DNA of 64,000 nucleotides from Ruminococcus sp. (GTDB lineage Bacteria > Bacillota > Clostridia > Oscillospirales > Acutalibacteraceae): assembly GCA_051880895.1 (NCBI GenBank), contig JBJEOV010000087.1, positions 32,135 through 96,134 on the forward strand. The letters run 5' to 3'. Position numbers and translations under genes: made by a program. The stretch's first letter is position 1. Each line of letters begins with the position of its first letter. Shown one piece after another: positions 58,721-64,000 of the stretch. Below the pieces are notes generated by a model, which was given only the letters and a program-made list of their open reading frames with translations, was not told the origin of the DNA and ran no database searches.

Positions 58721-59899
58721 ATGCTGTTAAGGCTTATACGGTGGAGCAAGGGCTATGTTGATTTTTCGGCAAAGGGAAAATTCCCCGAGCGTTTTATAAA
58801 TCTTACCACACGAAACGGAATAAATGTATGGAATTTAAAGCCGACAGAAAACGGTCTGACAGCCTCAATGCAGGTTTACGATTATAAAAATATTCACAAT
58901 ATTGCGCATAAGTCAAGGCTGAAAATGCGGGTAACGGGCAGACACGGACTGCCCTTTTACGCAGAGCGTTACAAGTCGAGAGCAGGACTTGTGATTGGCG
59001 CAGTAATGGGGATAATACTTATTTCCGTTCTCTCAAAATTCATTTGGTATATTGACGCTCCTCCTACAAAGAGCCTCAGCACCTCGCAGATACTTTCGGC
59101 TCTTGAAGACGATAATGTACGGATAGGCTCATACACTGCCGCAATAGATACCGAAAACACGGAGCGGAAAATGATTCTGCAAAATGAACAGATAGGCTGG
59201 ATAAGCCTTAATATTATGGGCAGTACCATAAAGGTAAACATTCAGGAAAAAACGCCTAAGCCAGACACCCCCGACTATAAAACACCCTGCAACATAAAGG
59301 CAAAAAATGACGGCGTAATAACAGACATAAAAACCTCAAAAGGCGAAACCAAGGTGCTCAAGGGCAGCGGAGTGGTAAAGGGCGATCTGCTTGTAAGCGG
59401 TATAGTAGAAACAAAGCAGGAAACAATAGAATATGTACACGCAAGCGCAGAAATTATGGCGGATGTAATATATAAAAAGGAATACACCCTGCCCGAAAGC
59501 TACGATTATTTTTATATAACCGATAACCGTACCGACAGATATATGTGCAGCTTTCTGAATTTTAAATTTCCCTGTTCGCTGAGCTTTTTGTCGTATGACG
59601 ACAGCGTATATGTTTTCGGCAGGGAAAAGCTGCGATTGAACAACACCGATATTCCTGTTGAACTGATTACCGAAAGCGAGGTTGAGGTTAAAAAAAGCGA
59701 AATAACCCTTGACAGACCGACGCTTGAGAAAAAAATCCTTGCTCAGTCTGTGCTGTATGAGGTTTTTGAAAAGCAGGACAGCAGGCTTGTCAGCAGAAAA
59801 ATCAGCACAAAAAGCAACGGCGAAGATTTCAATGCGGAAATAAGCTATATTTTCAACGAAAATATTGCACAAACCGCAGAATTTAGTGTGACAGAATAG
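58721..59899 (+). CDS. yqfD: Sporulation protein YqfD
   Basis: ERFINL, GLPF, IW.I, AK..GVI, V..GDLLVSG. Confidence 0.85.
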   Translation: MLLRLIRWSKGYVDFSAKGKFPERFINLTTRNGINVWNLKPTENGLTASMQVYDYKNIHNIAHKSRLKMRVTGRHGLPFYAERYKSRAGLVIGAVMGIILISVLSKFIWYIDAPPTKSLSTSQILSALEDDNVRIGSYTAAIDTENTERKMILQNEQIGWISLNIMGSTIKVNIQEKTPKPDTPDYKTPCNIKAKNDGVITDIKTSKGETKVLKGSGVVKGDLLVSGIVETKQETIEYVHASAEIMADVIYKKEYTLPESYDYFYITDNRTDRYMCSFLNFKFPCSLSFLSYDDSVYVFGREKLRLNNTDIPVELITESEVEVKKSEITLDRPTLEKKILAQSVLYEVFEKQDSRLVSRKISTKSNGEDFNAEISYIFNENIAQTAEFSVTE

Positions 59900-59947
59900 A
59901 TTAAATATGTTATAATAAACCTATCAGATTATTTTTAAGGTGATATT

Positions 59948-60721
59948 ATGCGGATTTTATGTATAGGCGATGTTGTGGGCAGTATAGGCTGCCGATTTCT
60001 GCGCAGTAAGCTGCCTGCCTTAAAAAAGGTTAAGGGCATTGATTTTGTTATCTGCAACGGCGAAAATTCTGCCGACGGCAACGGAATTACCCCCTCTTCG
60101 GCAGATTATCTTCTCGACAGCGGCGTAAATGTGATTACACTCGGCAATCATTCGTTCAGGCGAAAAGAGGCTTACGAATTTATTGATGAAAATCCGTTTA
60201 TTGTCCGCCCTGCAAATTTTCCTGACGGCACTACCCCCGGAACAGGAATTGTAAATGTTGATACGGGCAGAAAAATTATTACCGTAATGAACATTATGGG
60301 CAATACCTTTATGGATAATAATCTTGACTGCGCCTTTGAGTGTGCACAAAATCTGCTGAAAAAAGCCGAGGGCAATATTATTATTGCCGATTTTCACGCA
60401 GAGGCTACGGGCGAAAAGAGGGCGATGGGATATTTCCTTGACGGCAGAGTATCGGCAATTTTCGGTACGCACACCCATGTGCAGACCTCGGACGCTCAGG
60501 TTCTGCCAAAGGGCAGCGGCTATATTACGGATGTCGGTATGACGGGTACTGTCCACTCTGTGCTCGGCGTGAAAAGCGAAATAATTATCAATAAGTTCAG
60601 AACAAAAATGCCTGCAAGATTTGACCTTGCAGACGGCGACTGTAAAATGGAATGTGTTATTTTTGATATTGATGACAAAACAGGCAAAACCCTCACGGCT
60701 GAGTCGCTGAGAATTGAATAA
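59948..60721 (+). CDS. ymdB: YmdB-family 2',3'-cyclic phosphodiesterase (TIGR00282)
   Basis: IGDVVG, NGENSA, TLGNH, DFHAEATGEK, GTHTHVQT, DVGMTG. Confidence 0.92.
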   Translation: MRILCIGDVVGSIGCRFLRSKLPALKKVKGIDFVICNGENSADGNGITPSSADYLLDSGVNVITLGNHSFRRKEAYEFIDENPFIVRPANFPDGTTPGTGIVNVDTGRKIITVMNIMGNTFMDNNLDCAFECAQNLLKKAEGNIIIADFHAEATGEKRAMGYFLDGRVSAIFGTHTHVQTSDAQVLPKGSGYITDVGMTGTVHSVLGVKSEIIINKFRTKMPARFDLADGDCKMECVIFDIDDKTGKTLTAESLRIE

Positions 60722-60764
60722 GGTTACCAAAATTTTTATTTTGCTATATTTTTGCGATTTTCTC

Positions 60765-60793
60765 TTGCAAAATTACCGTCTGAAATATATAAT
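60765..60793 (+). promoter_or_regulatory. Promoter of the DAK2 gene
   Basis: TTGCAA-17-TATAAT. Confidence 0.65.
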
Positions 60794-60838
60794 AACTATG
60801 TCTATAATTTTAATTGTACGATAAAGGATGTGTTCGCA

Positions 60839-62482
60839 ATGTTTAACGGCGAAATATTAAAGAATGCGATAATTTCCGGAGCTAATAATATAAGCTTGCA
60901 GAAAAATCAGATTAACGATTTAAATATTTTCCCTGTTCCCGACGGTGATACAGGTACAAATATGTCTATGACCATAATGGCAGCCGCAAAGGCTCTTGCA
61001 GATTACGACGGCGACGACGCAGGCGAGGTGGCACAGCTTACAGCGTCTGCAATGCTCAGAGGAGCAAGAGGAAATTCGGGCGTTATTACTTCTCTTATTT
61101 TCCGTGGCTTTGCGCAGGGACTCAAGGGAATGAAAGAGGTAAACGGCAAAAGTCTTGCAGCAGCTCTCGGTATCGGCGTTGACGCAGCCTACAAGGCTGT
61201 AATGAAACCGACAGAGGGTACAATCCTCACGGTAGCAAGAATGGCTTACGAGGAGGGCGTTGAGGCTTCAAGGATTAACTCGGACAGCCTGTATGTATGG
61301 CAGTGCATCTGCAACAAGGCGAACGAGGCTTTAGCCATTACTCCCGAGCTTTTACCTGTTCTTAAAAAAGCAGGCGTTGTTGACGCAGGCGGCAAGGGAC
61401 TCTGCGTGATTTTTGAGGGTATGCTTTCATATTTCAAGGACGGCGTAATGGTTGAATATACCGAGGACAAGGCAGAGCCTACTATGGAAAGCTTTGAGAG
61501 TGCGGCGGCTGAATTTGATGACGATATTGAGTTTACCTACTGCACAGAGTTTATTGTCGGCAGAAATGCAGAAAACGCACCGAATCCGGACGGACTGAGA
61601 GAGTATTTGCAGACAATCGGCGACTGCGTTGTGGTTGTAAATGATGACGAGATTATCAAGGTGCATGTTCACACCGAGCAGCCGGGTAATGCGCTTTCAA
61701 AGGCACTTGAGTTCGGTCAGCTTTTAACCGTAAAGGTTGAAAATATGAAGGAGCAGCATAAGAATGTAAAGTCGTCTGCAAAGCCTAAGAAAGAAACCTT
61801 TGAACCTTGTGAGCCTGTTGAGGACTTTGGCTTTGTAGCAGTTGCGGCGGGCGAGGGACTTAAAAACCTCTTCAGGGATTTGGGATGTGCAAATGTTGTG
61901 TCGGGCGGTCAGAGTATGAACCCCAGCACAGATGATATCTATGCCGCTGTTATGGCTACACCGGCTAAGAATGTTCTGGTGTTCCCGAATAATAAGAATA
62001 TTATCCTTGCTGCCGAGCAGACTGTTCCTATGGTAAAGGACAGAAATGTTGTTATTGTTCCCACAAGAACCATTCCACAGGGTATGACAGCCCTGCTTAA
62101 TTTTGACTCCGAGATTTCACCCGAGAGCAACGCCCAGCTTATGATGGACGCAGCGGCAGGAGTCGGCACAGGTCTTGTTACATTTGCCGCAAGAAACAGC
62201 GAATTCGGCGGCAAGAAAATCAAAGAGGGCGACATTATTGCCCTTGAAAACGGCAGACTTACCATAACGGAGAAAAATCCCGTAAAGGCTGTTGTAAAGC
62301 TTGCAAAGAATATGGTATCCCGTGATACCTCGTTCATCACTCTGATATACGGTAATGAAATCAGCGAGGAAGACGCAAAGACGGCATACGAGGAGCTTTC
62401 GGATAAGTTCGGCTCACGCACTGACATTACTCTTGTTAAGGGTGATCAGCCGGTTTATTACTTTATTCTCAGCGTTGAATAA
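60839..62482 (+). CDS. fakA: DAK2-domain protein YloV / fatty acid kinase FakA
   Basis: LNIFPVPDGDTGTNM, GARGNSGVI, KPTEGTILTV, YCTEF, GGQSMNPST, GDQPVY. Confidence 0.9.
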   Translation: MFNGEILKNAIISGANNISLQKNQINDLNIFPVPDGDTGTNMSMTIMAAAKALADYDGDDAGEVAQLTASAMLRGARGNSGVITSLIFRGFAQGLKGMKEVNGKSLAAALGIGVDAAYKAVMKPTEGTILTVARMAYEEGVEASRINSDSLYVWQCICNKANEALAITPELLPVLKKAGVVDAGGKGLCVIFEGMLSYFKDGVMVEYTEDKAEPTMESFESAAAEFDDDIEFTYCTEFIVGRNAENAPNPDGLREYLQTIGDCVVVVNDDEIIKVHVHTEQPGNALSKALEFGQLLTVKVENMKEQHKNVKSSAKPKKETFEPCEPVEDFGFVAVAAGEGLKNLFRDLGCANVVSGGQSMNPSTDDIYAAVMATPAKNVLVFPNNKNIILAAEQTVPMVKDRNVVIVPTRTIPQGMTALLNFDSEISPESNAQLMMDAAAGVGTGLVTFAARNSEFGGKKIKEGDIIALENGRLTITEKNPVKAVVKLAKNMVSRDTSFITLIYGNEISEEDAKTAYEELSDKFGSRTDITLVKGDQPVYYFILSVE

Positions 62483-62526
62483 TTCTGTAAGCATTTGTTT
62501 TGGCTTGCCCTGTGGCTGAGAGTTAA

Positions 62527-62700
62527 GGAAACACTGAATAAATCACGCTGAACGCTTTTTGCACATCTTGCTTGCATATTTTCCGTCAGTCTGCCCAAAA
62601 AATCTCAAAAACAATGCGTCAGCATTACTGCGGTTTATTTGTGCAACCTGACAAAAAATCTGACTGCGCAATATGCACAAACGATTTAATCAGTGTTTCC
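62527..62700 (+). mobile_element. MITE-like repeat copy 8 (174 bp)
   Basis: TTAA on both sides; intact terminal repeats. Confidence 0.88.
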
Positions 62701-62768
62701 TTAAGAAAAGTGATTTTGTGATTAAAGGGGGCGTGTAATTACGCCCTTTTGCTGTATTCGGTGGTACT

Positions 62769-64000
62769 ATGGCTTCTCTGTATAAAATTTCAATCGACAA
62801 ACTGAACGGAATAGGCAAAAAAAGAGCCGGGCTGTTTAATAAGCTGGGCATATACAGCATCGGCGATTTGCTCAGCTTTTACCCGAAGGGATATGAGGAC
62901 TGGAGCAATACAACAAAAATTGAAAGCCTTCAGGACGGCGTGAGCGTGTGCATAAGGGCGGTGCTCGGCACTCATATAAGTGATTCTGTTTTGCCCGGCG
63001 GCAGAATCATATCAAAGGGTATGGTGTATGACGATACGGGTACGCTCCAGCTTGTTTTCTTTAACAACAGATACATAAGCACTATGCTCCACGCAGGTAA
63101 CGAATATTATTTTTACGGCAAGGTAACTGGCGGATTTGGCACAGCGCAGATGATTTCGCCTACCTTTTCGCCTGTCGGCGAAGGCTCAAAAATCCACCCT
63201 GTTTACAGGCAGACGGCAGGTCTTAATTCAAAAATAATTGCCAATGCCGTAAAACAGGCTCTCACCTTTCTGCCCGAAAAGGTAAACGACCCCTTGCCCG
63301 AAAGCGTACGCAGTACATTTTCACTTTGCGATTTGAAATTTGCAATTCAGAACATACATTTTCCCGATAATTCAGACTCGCTTGCAGCGGCAAGGAAAAG
63401 ACTTGTCGTTGAGGAGCTTTTGGTGCTTAACCTCGGTATGCGTTCCTTAAAGGAGCACAGCAGGGGAGAGAGCGGAGTTGACATAACCAAAAGCTATTTT
63501 GAAGAATTTAAAGGACTTTTGCCCTTTACGCTGACAAACGCTCAGAGCCGTGTTGTGGGCGAGTGTATATCGGATTTAACTAAGGGCAGCAAGCCTATGA
63601 ACAGGCTTGTGCAGGGCGATGTCGGCTCGGGTAAAACGGCGGTTGCGGCGGCTGTCTGCCACACAGTAATACGCAACGGCTTTCAGGCGGCTTTTATGGC
63701 GCCTACCGATATTCTTGCAAGACAGCATTACAAAACCTTTTCCGAGCTTTTCAAGGGTACGGATATAAAAACCGCACTTCTCACAGGCTCAATGAAGGAG
63801 TCGGAAAAAAAGGCGGTAAGGGCAGGTCTTGAAAGCGGAGAAATCTCGTTTGCAGTCGGCACTCACGCTCTGATTACGGAAAAAACGAGCTTTTATAACC
63901 TCGGCATAGCCGTAACGGACGAACAGCACCGCTTCGGCGTATCGCAGAGGGCAAGGCTGCTGTCAAAGGGCAGAAATCCGCATTTGCTTGTTATGAGTGC
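62769..64000 (+). CDS. recG: ATP-dependent DNA helicase RecG, truncated by window end (not in ORF track)
   Basis: LNGIGKKRA, RLVQGDVGSGKT, MAPTDILARQH, VGTHAL, TDEQHRFGVSQR, LVMS. Confidence 0.95.
   Translation, partial: MASLYKISIDKLNGIGKKRAGLFNKLGIYSIGDLLSFYPKGYEDWSNTTKIESLQDGVSVCIRAVLGTHISDSVLPGGRIISKGMVYDDTGTLQLVFFNNRYISTMLHAGNEYYFYGKVTGGFGTAQMISPTFSPVGEGSKIHPVYRQTAGLNSKIIANAVKQALTFLPEKVNDPLPESVRSTFSLCDLKFAIQNIHFPDNSDSLAAARKRLVVEELLVLNLGMRSLKEHSRGESGVDITKSYFEEFKGLLPFTLTNAQSRVVGECISDLTKGSKPMNRLVQGDVGSGKTAVAAAVCHTVIRNGFQAAFMAPTDILARQHYKTFSELFKGTDIKTALLTGSMKESEKKAVRAGLESGEISFAVGTHALITEKTSFYNLGIAVTDEQHRFGVSQRARLLSKGRNPHLLVMS

Noticed and set aside
17542-62700. CRISPR interpretation of the repeated palindromes
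   Set aside because: Copies are ~172 bp, kilobases apart, in both orientations, with target duplications; there are no regular spacers and no cas genes.
1085-62975. The many antisense or overlapping 60-250 aa ORFs in the track
   Set aside because: They lie opposite or out of frame to well-supported genes and show no motifs; treated as shadow ORFs.

Overview
A core-genome window from a low-GC gut Firmicute. It resembles Ruminococcus bromii (Oscillospiraceae); that is inferred from a dockerin- and CBM26-bearing pullulanase and a second dockerin protein. About 55 mostly housekeeping genes are present, including bsh, rlmD, tepA, uppP, ftsK, tyrS, mscL, nadA, mnmA, glmS, a split metH, purF, ilvE, asnB, the sporulation genes ylbJ/yqfC/yqfD, a DAK2 gene and a partial recG. 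There is no rRNA, tRNA, CRISPR array, prophage or transposase. The interest lies in the intergenic DNA. (1) A ~172-bp self-complementary MITE-like repeat occurs 8 times plus a 37-bp ends-only relic, mostly with 4-bp target duplications and once with a 34-bp duplication. (2) A 14-aa Trp/Phe-rich micro-ORF (MWENFWEWWHNFFG) with a perfect RBS precedes an orphan AgrC-like membrane kinase. (3) A preQ1-I riboswitch with an extra hairpin sits upstream of a queL-like/yhhQ queuine-salvage operon. (4) A uORF-plus-hairpin leader and an A8 frameshift affect an RNHCP gene. (5) A promoter-driven long-hairpin candidate sRNA lies between fucO and purF. (6) A second family of heptamer-array palindromes and several decayed genes are also present. 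All calls come from reading the sequence; no database searches were run.
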